DNA from: an uncultured Bacteroidales bacterium
GTDB taxonomy: Bacteria > Bacteroidota > Bacteroidia > Bacteroidales > UBA10428
Length of the DNA stretch: 64,000 nucleotides
Direction of reading: 5' to 3'
Assembly (NCBI GenBank): GCA_963717995.1
Contig: CAVQXX010000012.1
Span: 774,371-838,370 of the forward strand
Position numbers and translations under genes: made by a program. The notes under the pieces were generated by a model. It did no database searches. It worked only from the letters and a program-made list of their open reading frames with translations, and had not been told where the DNA came from. Positions 29,806 through 40,605 of the stretch are shown piece by piece. Position 1 is the first letter of the stretch. The number at the start of each line of letters is the position of its first letter.

Positions 29806-32778
29806 ATGAAAAAAACATTTTCACTGCTTGTTCTTATCATGCTCTGTTCTGCTTCACTCCTTTTTGGTCAGAATAAATCCCAGGTAAGGGTTAACGGGAA
29901 AGTAGCTGATGCAGTCACCGGAGAAGTTTTACCGGGAGTGAATATATTGGTGCAGGGAACCTTAACAGGTACCGTAACCGGGGTGGATGGCAGGTATTCA
30001 GTTCTTGTAAATGGCTCAGAATCAGTTCTGGTATATTCCTTTATCGGGTATGTGTCACAGACGGTAACTGTTGGCACACAATCGGCTATTGATATTGAGT
30101 TGAGTCCTGACGTTCAGACCTTAGGGGAAGTAGTGATCACGGCCCAGGGGAGAGGACAGAAGCAGGCAGTTCAGCAGCAGATCAATTCCAATACGATAAA
30201 GAATGTGGTAGCGCCTGACCGCTTGCAGGAGAATCCCGATGCAAATGCCACAGAGGCCATTGGCCGTTTGCCAGGTATTTCGGTCATACGATCGGGTGGC
30301 GAGGGCACCGGCCTCATGATCCGTGGTCTTGAACCGCGGTATGCTTCGGTTTCGCTGAACGGGGTACAAATGGCTTCAACGAGCGGGGAGAACCGGGGTA
30401 CGAACATCAGCGGAATTTCGCAGTATGCCTTGCAGGGGGTTGAGGTTTACAAATCGCTGACAGCGGATATGGAAGCGAATTCAGTGGCAGGATCAGTTAA
30501 CCTGAAGCTGCGGGAAGCACCCCAGCATTTTCACGTAAATTTAATGGCACAGGGGGGATATAACCAGTTGAACGATTACTGGGGCAATTATAAGCTATTG
30601 GGTGAAGTCAGCAACCGTTTCCTGAATGATAAGCTCGGGGTATTGGTTTCGGTGAATGCCGAAAGGGTTAACCGGAGCATCCAGACCATGAGTGCCGGGT
30701 ATGGAATAGATGGCAGCGATCCGGAAGGGGACATATTGCTGAATAGTGTAAACCTGAACAATAATACTTCGATCATCTACAGGAAATCGCTGTTGTTATC
30801 GGTTGATTTTAAGGTATCACCAGGTACCACATTGATGTTATACGGCATGTATAACAACGCGAAGAATGACTATGAACGCCAGTCGAAGAACTACGGTGTG
30901 ACCGGGGCCGGATCTGTGGGATATTCATTCGAGACCCGTCCGGACAATAAAAACAATATTTTACAGACAGCCTTGAGCGGTGAATCTAAAATAAAATTCC
31001 TCAACATTAAGGCAGATTACGGGATTGCATATTCCCTGGGTAATGCCAATAATACGGGTTCAAAAAACTGGAACTTCAATTTCGATAATGTAGCCTCCTC
31101 TGCAATTACGGATATTGAGCATAGAAAAATGGATCCGACAGAGATTGTCCCTTTGTTCACTGATGATCCAAGTAAGCTCAATGACTGCTATCTGACCGGA
31201 TTAGGAGTAACTGAAAGCAAAACTGACGACAGGAACATCCATACTTATCTGAATGTTTCGGTACCTTTTAAAATAGGAGAGCTGATAAGCGGGAATGTTA
31301 AATTCGGAGGAATATACCGGGTAAAAAACAGGACAAGGGATGATCAGGTTGGCGGTCAGAATGTGGGAGCAAACCAGTTTTTACCCAGGATTCTTCAGGA
31401 TTCACTGGACTGGGTTGTGATCGATGACATTCCCCGTTTATTGGCTGTTGGGCTGGAAGGGGAAGAAGTTGACAATTTTCTGAACGGAGATTACAATTAT
31501 GGAACTACTTTTAACATTGACCGGTTGAACCAGCTCTCAAACACTTGGACTGAAGTATCGGATTACGCTTATTCACTCGGACCGAGTTACTATCTTCCCC
31601 TTGTGGGGGAAGTCGCAAAGCTCGGTTATTCTCAAAATGTGGCCGGATGCATGCTGAATGACCAGGATATCCGGGAAACCTACGTGGCGGGTTATATCAT
31701 GCCGGAGTTCAATATCACCAAGTATGTAATGTTCATGCCCGGATTCAGGTATGAAAAAACAAATGACGATATGAAGGGATATTATGCATTGCCTCCGCAG
31801 TATCCTCCTCCTGTTTCTGCTCCGGTCCCGGGAGATTCCACATCAGCTTCGCGATCAGATCAGTTCTTCCTGCCGATGATCCATCTGAGGATAAAACCGA
31901 CAGATAAGTTTTATGCACATTTCTCATATACGAAAACATTGAGCCGTCCAGATTTCAATGGCATCTCACCAAACTATTACGTAAATACCGGTTGGGCACC
32001 GTTTACCTACACGGCTAACAATCCGGAATTAAATCCCGAACTCTGGACCAGTTACGATGCACAGTTTACCTTCCACGGGGACAAGATCGGACTGTTTTCG
32101 GTCACCGGTTTTTACAAAACAGTGGACGATAAAATATGGCAAAGATCCTATCAACGTATCAGAGGTGACGAAATCATTGATCCGTTCCCGGATAATGCAG
32201 TGGTGAATGTGACAATATGGGAGAACCATCCCTATACCGCTTTTGTTGAAGGTGTGGAACTTGAGTGGCAGACGTCGTTTTATTATTTGCCAAAGCCTTT
32301 TAGCTTTTTTACCCTGTATGCCAATTATACCTATACACATTCGGAAACAACCTATCCATATACTGACATCAGAAGCGTTGTTCCTCCCGGAGGCGGACGT
32401 CCGGTTTCCGTGAGAGTCGATTCTACCACAAAGGGCCCGATGCTTTATCAACCACAGCAAATAGCCAACGTTTCTCTTGGGTTTAACTACAAGGGATTTA
32501 ATGCATGGCTTTCCTACCAGTATAATGGTTTGATCTATACCGGGAAAAACTACCGGGGTGCTCCCAGACTGGATTCACAAAAGGAACACTTTAACCGATG
32601 GGATCTTCAGCTGACACAGAAATTCAGGATCGCCAAATTGAGTGGATTCGAGGTAATCGCCAATATTGCAAACATCTCCAATTTCACAGAATCACAAAGA
32701 CTCAGGGGTGATCCACGGCTCACCTACCAAGAAAAATTTGGCTTGACGGCTGACCTTGGAGTAAGATATCGATTTTAA
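29806..32778 (+). CDS. TonB-dependent outer-membrane receptor, paralogue of 24168..27200
   Basis: GKVADAVTGEVLPGVNILVQGT, NPDANATEAIGRLPGISVIRSGGEGTGLMIRGL, terminal ..DLGVRYRF. Colinear with the first receptor. Confidence 0.9.
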   Translation: MKKTFSLLVLIMLCSASLLFGQNKSQVRVNGKVADAVTGEVLPGVNILVQGTLTGTVTGVDGRYSVLVNGSESVLVYSFIGYVSQTVTVGTQSAIDIELSPDVQTLGEVVITAQGRGQKQAVQQQINSNTIKNVVAPDRLQENPDANATEAIGRLPGISVIRSGGEGTGLMIRGLEPRYASVSLNGVQMASTSGENRGTNISGISQYALQGVEVYKSLTADMEANSVAGSVNLKLREAPQHFHVNLMAQGGYNQLNDYWGNYKLLGEVSNRFLNDKLGVLVSVNAERVNRSIQTMSAGYGIDGSDPEGDILLNSVNLNNNTSIIYRKSLLLSVDFKVSPGTTLMLYGMYNNAKNDYERQSKNYGVTGAGSVGYSFETRPDNKNNILQTALSGESKIKFLNIKADYGIAYSLGNANNTGSKNWNFNFDNVASSAITDIEHRKMDPTEIVPLFTDDPSKLNDCYLTGLGVTESKTDDRNIHTYLNVSVPFKIGELISGNVKFGGIYRVKNRTRDDQVGGQNVGANQFLPRILQDSLDWVVIDDIPRLLAVGLEGEEVDNFLNGDYNYGTTFNIDRLNQLSNTWTEVSDYAYSLGPSYYLPLVGEVAKLGYSQNVAGCMLNDQDIRETYVAGYIMPEFNITKYVMFMPGFRYEKTNDDMKGYYALPPQYPPPVSAPVPGDSTSASRSDQFFLPMIHLRIKPTDKFYAHFSYTKTLSRPDFNGISPNYYVNTGWAPFTYTANNPELNPELWTSYDAQFTFHGDKIGLFSVTGFYKTVDDKIWQRSYQRIRGDEIIDPFPDNAVVNVTIWENHPYTAFVEGVELEWQTSFYYLPKPFSFFTLYANYTYTHSETTYPYTDIRSVVPPGGGRPVSVRVDSTTKGPMLYQPQQIANVSLGFNYKGFNAWLSYQYNGLIYTGKNYRGAPRLDSQKEHFNRWDLQLTQKFRIAKLSGFEVIANIANISNFTESQRLRGDPRLTYQEKFGLTADLGVRYRF

Positions 32779-32905
32779 TTTATAACTTAGTAACTGAAAA
32801 AATTAGTTTATTACTAACCCTACTAAAAGAAAGGAGAGAAATTACACCTAACAATCCAAATGAAATTATTAACTTTTCTATTAATACTAATTTAAATCTA
32901 TTACG

Positions 32906-35103
32906 ATGAGAAAATTTTACATGATTGCTTTACTAGCTTTCTTGTTCATCGGGAACACAATTGCCCAGGATGTCCTGGTGGTTGAACCCGGTTTAGGAAC
33001 ATTGAATGCTGCTGTTCTCGCCAATGGTGGCGATAAGATTTATGAACTTACCGCCGGTGAGTGGTACGGTTTGGACGCACCGATCGAAAACGTTGATTAT
33101 CATTTACAGATTATTGGCAGCGCACCTGCTGAAGCAGGTGGAAAGCCAGCAACGCTGCAAACAGGTTCCGATGTTAATGGTGCTGTTTTTAGCAAGATGT
33201 TCGATTCAAAGGGTGACATAACCCTCAAGAACATTTTCATTGTCAATGCAGACCTTAACGCCCAGGTTGGATTTGAATGTCTGGTAGAAAGTAAAATGGA
33301 TGCCCGCATTGTCGTTGATAATTGCGTATTTCATCCTTCCTGCGTTGGACAGGGTGTAACCGGTTCAGGTGGAGGCAATAAATGTTATTTTACCAACAAC
33401 CAGGTTGTTGACCATGGTCATATGCTGAGCCCGAATGACGGTCACTTCTTTAATTTCTCCAATACTGCAGCCGGCAAAGGTTTTGATTCCTTGTGGGTTG
33501 AAAACAATACTTTTGTTTGTATGGGTATGAACGTGTTTCAGGGAAGTTTTGGCGACATGGTAAATAACGTAGTGGCTTTCAACCACAATACCTTCGTTTT
33601 TGCCAAGAGCCAGATTGACTGGACAACCAAAAAAATGGAAGAATACTGGACAAACAACCTGATGTTCGATCTCCAGGTTGATCCTTACGCAAATAACTGG
33701 CAGCCTATGCCGGGTGGAGACCCCAGTATGCCCAAGCCTAACCTCATTTACGCAGATACCCTGACTGATGAGGTCATGCCTTCCACACGCCCGAATTTCG
33801 TGGAATATAATGCACTTTACAGAGCACAGGGTTTCTATGACCTGGTTGACCGAGATGAACGTATTCTGTAAAGAACAGGATCCTCCACTCCCGGGTGTTT
33901 ACCTGTATCCTTTGGTTTGGCCCCGTGACACCCTGAATAGCAGGGAAGCACAGATGTTTGGCAGTACGGATTTTCCGAAATTTAAATTTGGCAATTATAT
34001 CGCTGATGTTGATCCCCAGTGGACTGATCAGGCAATTTATGAACATGAGACTTTGTTTATTGAGTGGGCAAGTCCTGCAAATTATGTTCACGCACTTGGA
34101 CAACCTTCAGACAAATTATCCTCCCGCAACAGAGTGGGCACAGTATTGGTGGATACCAAGCGGTGACCTTTCCGATAACAGCGTATGGCCTTTATTTGAC
34201 GGAACCTATACCAATGAGCAGTATCTGAAGGGTTCGATAGAGAGAAATGTTCCTCTCGGTGACCTGAACTGGTGGCCGGAAGCAAAAGCTGCATGGGAAC
34301 TCAAGAAAGCTGATGTATGGGCACACATTCAGGCTGGTAACGAAAGCCAGATTGACATTGGATATGGTGAACCTCTTGCTCCTGCAGTATTCCCGGTTGA
34401 CTTTGAAGCCGAAACGGATGCAGTATGGGAGATTTTTGGCAACGGTACCGCTGGTCCTGCTGATCTCACAATTATAGACAATCCGGATAAATCAGGAATC
34501 AATACCTCCGATAAAGTAGCGAAATTCATTGTTAATGATGACGCAGATCCATGGGCAGGTACATATTCAGATTCATATCCTACCATTGAATTTACCGAAG
34601 CTAATCATATGATTACCATGATGGTATGGAAATCAGGTACCGATCCGGTTGGAATCAAGGTCGAATCACCTGCAAATGGTGGCGCTGTAACGGAAGTTAA
34701 AATTCCGGTTACCCTGACAGAAGAATGGGAATTGGTTACGGCTGACTTTAGTGCCGTCATCGGATTTAACTATGACAGACTTACGATATTCCCTGATTTT
34801 CCTGAAACCAGAACCGCTGGTGCTACAGTTTACATTGATAATATCGCCCTGGCTGCGGCTACCGGTGTTGTGGATGTAAAAGCAGAAGGTTTATTTGTAT
34901 ATCCGAACCCCACAAGTGACGTTTTGAGCGTAAAGGGTGGCAAAAATGCTGACATCACCATTATGAACATTGACGGCCGCGTGGTAAGAAGCGTAAGGAA
35001 TGTATCTTCTGTAAATGTTTCTGATCTTGCCAAAGGCTTGTATTCAGTAACTATTCAGTCAGGTAAGGAAGTTTCTACACAGAAGGTTGTTATTTCCAGG
35101 TAA
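32906..35103 (+). pseudogene. frame-interrupted paralogue of 27340..29508: beta-helix-like domain, CBM-like beta-sandwich (in place of FAS1) and T9SS sorting domain
   Basis: ORFs 32906..33871, 33768..34166 and 33958..35103 lie in successive +1 frames (shifts near 33851 and ~34100) and are colinear with the 722-aa paralogue ([21 protein letters not shown].., ..DVDPQWTDQAI.., ..VPLGDLNWWPEAKAAWE..). CTD LFVYPNPTSDVLSV...GLYSVTIQSGKEV. Confidence 0.65.
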
Positions 35104-35183
35104 GTGTAGAATTTGTATTGATTGATTTTATGGAGTGAAAAAACATTTATGTTTTAACCACTTATCAAATTGATTTATTGTGA

Positions 35184-35226
35184 AAAGGAGAGGAATTATT
35201 TATTGATGACTCTCCTTTTCCTTTTT
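35184..35226 (+). terminator. hairpin plus T-rich tail after module B
   Basis: AAAGGAGAG-17 nt-CTCTCCTTTTCCTTTTT has the same AAAGGAGAG/CTCTCCTTT stem sequence as the module A terminator. Confidence 0.55.
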
Positions 35227-35316
35227 ATATATAAGATCTTTTCTGTTGCAGCCAGATCGCTGCTATACAATGAACCTTTTTCAAAAGGCACTTTCACTGC
35301 ATAACCTAAGACTATT

Positions 35317-37134
35317 ATGAAATTAACCTCATTATTCCGGCTGACCGTGGCTTGTAGCATCATTCTCGGATGCCTTGCCTGTAAAGGGAAATTATCAAAA
35401 GAATCCATCACTATAAAAACGGACAAGGATTCAATTTCCATGGGCCATTCCATCATTGTGACTGCCCATATTAATTTTAAAGCAGGGGAATCCCCTAAAG
35501 ACATTTTATTACTGCCCTATGTGAATCAACGCCGGTGGGGCTCACATGAGCGTCCGGATTCGAATGGAAATGCAACCTTTCTTCTCCCGCTGCCCAATCC
35601 GGGCAATCATGATATTCAGGTTATTGCCGTCAAAGCAGATCCCAATAACTGGATGGGTTCATCCAATATGCAATATCTGGTAGCAGGAAGCATTATGCCT
35701 GCGTCGGACAGTATATCCAATGTGTGCAAAGTGAATGTCAAACGCAGAATTATGCCTGCCGCAGCTGAAAACGGACATCTTTTCTGTGTTCAGTGGGAAT
35801 CCTGGTTCATACCGGGCCCAGGTTTATTTTCATCAGCGGAGGCAATACCTGTGGTTGGTATTTATGACTCCTATAATGAGGACGTAATAAGGCAACATGT
35901 ATTGTGGTTCATGGATCTGGGTGTAAACTTTATTATGCCCGACTGGTCAAATCATATCTGGGCAAAAAAGCACTGGAACGAAATTGAAGGCGGTGCACGT
36001 TCCATAGTACATGCCACCACCGTATTTCTTGAGGTACTGGCAAAAATGCGTGATGAGGGAATCGATGTGCCGAAAGTGGCGCTCATGCCCGGTATCAGCA
36101 ACGGACCCCCGGCTACTATGGTCGCATTAAATGAACAACTGGAATGGATATACCAGAATTATGTTTTGAATCCAAGATTCAAAGGCCTTTTTCAGGAGTT
36201 TGAAGGTAAACCATTGATGATAATCCTCGATACGGGTGCCCTGGGCAGCAAAAAAGGAACTGCCAAATCCGCTTTCAGGGTTCCCTTCTTTAAGCAAACA
36301 CTTGCTATGAGTGAAACTGAACTGGATGCATTTCGCAGAGCCCAGGGACCGGTTGACGATTCCCATTTTACAATCCGATGGATGTCGTCCCAGAATCAAA
36401 TTACACGGCATCATGAACTGGGTTTCTGGTCATGGATGGATGGTTCTCTTGAACCCATGGTCACCTATAAGGACGGAAAACCGGAAGCTATTACGGTAAC
36501 AAATGCTTTTTTCGAGCCGTTGGGCTGGACTGCCCCCAATACATGGGGCAAAAGAGGCGGTACAACCTATATTGAATCATTCAAATTTGCGCTAAAGTCA
36601 AAACCACAGGTCATATTCCTGCATCAGTTCAATGAATTTGCCGGTCAACCTGAAGGCCACGGCCTGGGTGAAAATCATGAGATATACCTTGATGAACACA
36701 GTATGGAGTTTAGTGATGACTTTGAACCGGTTTCCTTAACCGCACCCGGTTTACGCGACAAAACAGGCGGATGGGGCTTTTATTATCTGAATATGACCAA
36801 AGCCTTAATGGATATATTTAATGAAAAGGATATGAATAGTACTGTTATGGCTGCGAATATCAGTGAAAAAACAGATCAGTCCGTTAAGATCACCTGGTCA
36901 GTGATTGGCAAAGACCCGGCAAATTATACAGTCTCTATAGGTGACAAAGTTTTGTTTAAGGATTTGACCGGTGTGACTTGTGAAATTCCCGTTAAGGAAT
37001 TATCCAAAGGCCAGAATATGGTTACAATTACAGCCAACGGTGTGAATACCCGTTACAAACTGTCGAAAACGGAAATGGACCAGGTTTCAGACACTCCTTT
37101 ACCGGTAGAAGTAAAACTTTCAGTTAACCTATAG
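35317..37134 (+). CDS. lipoprotein, uncharacterised glycoside-hydrolase-like TIM-barrel protein (distant relative of 15090 and 37168)
   Basis: Lipobox LGCLAC. GIYDSYNEDVIRQHVLWFMDLGVNFIMPDWSNH, FEGKPLMIILD and IFLHQFNEFAG follow the same order of motifs as the two larger paralogues. Confidence 0.45.
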   Translation: MKLTSLFRLTVACSIILGCLACKGKLSKESITIKTDKDSISMGHSIIVTAHINFKAGESPKDILLLPYVNQRRWGSHERPDSNGNATFLLPLPNPGNHDIQVIAVKADPNNWMGSSNMQYLVAGSIMPASDSISNVCKVNVKRRIMPAAAENGHLFCVQWESWFIPGPGLFSSAEAIPVVGIYDSYNEDVIRQHVLWFMDLGVNFIMPDWSNHIWAKKHWNEIEGGARSIVHATTVFLEVLAKMRDEGIDVPKVALMPGISNGPPATMVALNEQLEWIYQNYVLNPRFKGLFQEFEGKPLMIILDTGALGSKKGTAKSAFRVPFFKQTLAMSETELDAFRRAQGPVDDSHFTIRWMSSQNQITRHHELGFWSWMDGSLEPMVTYKDGKPEAITVTNAFFEPLGWTAPNTWGKRGGTTYIESFKFALKSKPQVIFLHQFNEFAGQPEGHGLGENHEIYLDEHSMEFSDDFEPVSLTAPGLRDKTGGWGFYYLNMTKALMDIFNEKDMNSTVMAANISEKTDQSVKITWSVIGKDPANYTVSIGDKVLFKDLTGVTCEIPVKELSKGQNMVTITANGVNTRYKLSKTEMDQVSDTPLPVEVKLSVNL

Positions 37135-37167
37135 AAAAATATTTACACCACATAAATCCCATTGATT

Positions 37168-40100
37168 ATGAGCAAGCGTTCTGTAGCCCGAAGTTTATTT
37201 TTTGCTGTTTTTATTTTTGCTTCCATAACCGGATTTTCTCAGGACTGGAATATTACCAGTGACCGATGGACTGCCACGGACGGCCTTGGCCGGAAGTTAC
37301 CTGACGTCAGCCAGACGGGATCTGCAAAAAATGACAAGTATATTGCCATGTTTTATTGGACATGGCATACGGATGGTAACGCTTATTTTTCTCCGGTTAT
37401 GAATATTACCGAAATCCTGGAACAATACCCTGAGGCGGCTACAGATAAAGATCATCCGGCCTGGCAGGGCATATCCCCGGGGGTATTCTGGTGGGATGAG
37501 CCCTTATTCGGCTATTACAGGACCTCTGATGAATGGATTCTAAGAAAGCACGCTGAAATGCTGGCAGATGCCGGCGTGGATGTTGTCTTTTTCGATTGTA
37601 CAAACGGGAGCCTAACCTGGAGAACCTCTTATACTGTATTGTTCCAGGTCTGGGATCAGGCCAGGAAAGACGGTGTTAAAACACCCCAGATTGCCTTTTT
37701 GCTTCCATTCAGCGCAGGATCCAATTCAATGGCATCCATGTATCAATTATACACTGAGATTTATCAACCCGGTTTATATGAGGACCTGTGGTTCAAATGG
37801 AAAGGCAAGCCTTTGATCATGTCCTATCCTGAGAGTCTGGTAGCCCAAACCGGAAATTTTGCCGGATTGAAGTTTACGGCCACTGCCCCTTTTTATGCAA
37901 TTAATGCTTCTTGTCCCAGCTACAATAATAATGTGGGTAATATGACTTTCAGCTTATACAAATGGAATACGAATTATGCTACCAGTGTATCAGGAACTCC
38001 TGTAGCGGAGAAGACCTATGTTAACTTCAACGATAATCAAAAACTCGAATTGACATTTGATGTCCAGGAGGCGGGTGATTATGTGTGGGAATTAAGCAAT
38101 GGGACCGAAGATGTGGGAGTATGGAAGTGGACTGACAGCAATGATCCTGCTGTTAGTTTTTACGCAGGAAGCCAGGTGGCCGGAAATTACGAAAGTGAGA
38201 TTTCGTATGATCCGCAAATTGTTTTTACCCCTCTTACGACAGGAACCAATCATACTCCGGTTGCAGTTACGAGTTCGGCTGATCAGGAAACTGTTAATGC
38301 CATAAAGGAGTTTTTCACATTCCGTCCCGGACAACCTGATTATGTAAACGGACCCAGCCGGAATGATCAGTGGGGATGGCTTGAAAACTATCCGCAACAC
38401 GGATTTGCTCCAAAACCAGGAGGCGGATATGAGGAGGTTACAGTCGGTGTTGCCCAGAATGCCTCCGATGCCAGTGGCGGCCATGCATCCGGTTTTAATA
38501 CCCCGCTTACCTATGGCAGGAGTTACACAAAAGCAGCGGGACAGGATACACGCCCGGAAGCCTATTTAAAAGGACTTAATTTCCAGGAACAATGGGGTCG
38601 TGCATTTGAACTGGATCCCGACCTTGTATTTATTACCGGGTGGAACGAATGGATTGCCGGACGCCATTTTGACTGGGATGTGCAGCCATTTGCCTTTGTT
38701 GATGAGTACAGTGCTGAGAAAAGCCGGGATATTGAACCGGTCAAATCCTGGGGCAATAAAGGCGATGTTTATTACATGCAGCTTGTCAGCAATATTCGTA
38801 GGTTTAAAGGGATGCAGAGCCCCGATACCGCTTCCGGTTCAAAAACCATAGTGATGGATGATCTGGCCGGCTGGACTGATGTAATGCCGGAATACCTGTC
38901 CTATAAAGGAAATACTTTGCACCGGAATCATGCCGGCCAGGGTACTGAACTGGTGTATACAAATACAACCGGAAGGAATGATATAACAGGCGCGAAGGTT
39001 GCCAGGGATTCAGATTACCTCTATTTCTACGTTGAAACCGCCGATGACCTAACCGACAAGACCGATCCGAAATGGATGCGCCTATTCATTGACATTGATC
39101 GCAATAAAACCACCGGCTGGGAAGGATATGATTTTGTCATAAACCGCCTGAATCCGGATGATTCCGCCTATGTGGAAAAAAGTGTGAGTTCCTGGAACTG
39201 GAATACGGCCGGCAAGGCAGCCTACTCGGTAAACGGAAAAACGCTGGTTGTTAAAGTAAAACGGTCGGTTTTCAACCTGTCTGCCGAAATGGGAATCGAC
39301 GTTGAATTCAAATGGAGCGATAATATGCAGGATGAAGGCAACATCATGGATTTTTATGAGAACGGTGATGTAGCCCCCGGAGCAAGGTTTAACTATGTGT
39401 ATAAGGTGGAATGGTCGGATGACCGGTACCGTAATGCGGAATATCCCGAAGGCATCAACCAGGGTATCCGGTTTGACCAGTATGAGGGTGAATTTGATAC
39501 AATTCCCACCTTTTTTGAGCAGAAGATTATACTTACCGGCTTCCCGTCTGATTTTGATATTCCGGTTCAAACGGCATCCAATTTCGGATTACGGTATACC
39601 GGATTCATTGAGGTTCCTGTAAAGGATGCCTACACCTTTACGCTCAATACAGACCTGGATGCCAAATTCTACATTGGCAATACGCTGGTAGTTTCAGCAG
39701 ATGCGGTTGGCGGAGAAGCGAGCGGTATCATCAGGCTGATGCCCGGGAAACACCCTGTAACGTTAGATTACATTACAAGGGCAGAAAACACAAAACTGCT
39801 GAATATTGAAATAGCCGGTTCGGGACAGGAAAAGAGCAAGGTATCTCCTTCCATGCTGTTTAAGTACAATCAGGCGCCTTCCGTTTCAATTTCTTTTAAT
39901 GCCACCCAGAACTACTTCAGTACGTTCGATACGGCAGCCATCGTTCGTTCGGCGGATCCGGACGGATCGGTTGAAAACGTGAAGGTGTATGACAATGATG
40001 AGCTTATTGCACAGGAGGCTGCGGAGGAAATAGCAGTTAAAAATCTTACTGTGGGCGACCACTCTTTGTCGGCCACGGTGCAGGATACTGACGGGGTACT

Positions 40101-40605
40101 TTCCGAATCCAATATATTGAGCTTTACGGTTAAATCCGCCATACCGTTACCGGGATCAATTACCGTGGAAGACTTCAGAAAGGGAAAGGGTGTTTCAATT
40201 ACCAACTCCACAGATAGTGACGGCGGCAAGAACATCAAGGTAGCTTATGGCTTTGTGGATTACCCTGTAAATGTTAGCGCGTCAGGAAACTATCATTTCA
40301 AGTTCCGTGTTCCGGCAGCCAGTGGAACTAAAATGGTTATTATAAAGGCCAATGGTGAAGAGGTTGCCACTGTAGATGTGGGGAATACAGGAACCGCAGA
40401 ACCATGGTACGATGTTGAAACGGATATCCCTTTAACATCCGGAAACCAGATTTTACGTTTTGATTTTGAAGGCATCGTAACCGTGCACAGGATAGAGATC
40501 ACCTTCATGCCTACCAGCGTAATAACCGGGACTGAAAATGCCATTGTTGTCATGCCCAATCCTTCATCCGCAGAATTTGTAATTCATACTCAAAATCCAG
40601 ACTGA
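37168..40605 (+). CDS. large secreted multidomain protein: hydrolase-like TIM-barrel module (paralogue of 15090), PA14 domain, Ig-like repeat, CBM6/35-like domain; its T9SS sorting domain is out of frame
   Basis: Signal peptide. DRWTATDGLGR..KYIAMFYWTWH, WWDEPLFGYYRTSDEWILRKHAEMLADAGVDVVFFDCTNG. PA14-like FGLRYTGFIEVPVKDAYTFTLNTDLDAKFYIG. The ORF stops inside ..PNPSSAEFVIHTQNPD*. Confidence 0.6.
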   Translation: MSKRSVARSLFFAVFIFASITGFSQDWNITSDRWTATDGLGRKLPDVSQTGSAKNDKYIAMFYWTWHTDGNAYFSPVMNITEILEQYPEAATDKDHPAWQGISPGVFWWDEPLFGYYRTSDEWILRKHAEMLADAGVDVVFFDCTNGSLTWRTSYTVLFQVWDQARKDGVKTPQIAFLLPFSAGSNSMASMYQLYTEIYQPGLYEDLWFKWKGKPLIMSYPESLVAQTGNFAGLKFTATAPFYAINASCPSYNNNVGNMTFSLYKWNTNYATSVSGTPVAEKTYVNFNDNQKLELTFDVQEAGDYVWELSNGTEDVGVWKWTDSNDPAVSFYAGSQVAGNYESEISYDPQIVFTPLTTGTNHTPVAVTSSADQETVNAIKEFFTFRPGQPDYVNGPSRNDQWGWLENYPQHGFAPKPGGGYEEVTVGVAQNASDASGGHASGFNTPLTYGRSYTKAAGQDTRPEAYLKGLNFQEQWGRAFELDPDLVFITGWNEWIAGRHFDWDVQPFAFVDEYSAEKSRDIEPVKSWGNKGDVYYMQLVSNIRRFKGMQSPDTASGSKTIVMDDLAGWTDVMPEYLSYKGNTLHRNHAGQGTELVYTNTTGRNDITGAKVARDSDYLYFYVETADDLTDKTDPKWMRLFIDIDRNKTTGWEGYDFVINRLNPDDSAYVEKSVSSWNWNTAGKAAYSVNGKTLVVKVKRSVFNLSAEMGIDVEFKWSDNMQDEGNIMDFYENGDVAPGARFNYVYKVEWSDDRYRNAEYPEGINQGIRFDQYEGEFDTIPTFFEQKIILTGFPSDFDIPVQTASNFGLRYTGFIEVPVKDAYTFTLNTDLDAKFYIGNTLVVSADAVGGEASGIIRLMPGKHPVTLDYITRAENTKLLNIEIAGSGQEKSKVSPSMLFKYNQAPSVSISFNATQNYFSTFDTAAIVRSADPDGSVENVKVYDNDELIAQEAAEEIAVKNLTVGDHSLSATVQDTDGVLSESNILSFTVKSAIPLPGSITVEDFRKGKGVSITNSTDSDGGKNIKVAYGFVDYPVNVSASGNYHFKFRVPAASGTKMVIIKANGEEVATVDVGNTGTAEPWYDVETDIPLTSGNQILRFDFEGIVTVHRIEITFMPTSVITGTENAIVVMPNPSSAEFVIHTQNPD

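Noticed and set aside
24168-32778. Canonical SusC/SusD pairs
   Set aside because: The gene after each receptor is a beta-helix/T9SS protein with no SusD-like (TPR-rich lipoprotein) features, and the receptor plug motifs look non-SusC. They are reported instead as a non-canonical module.
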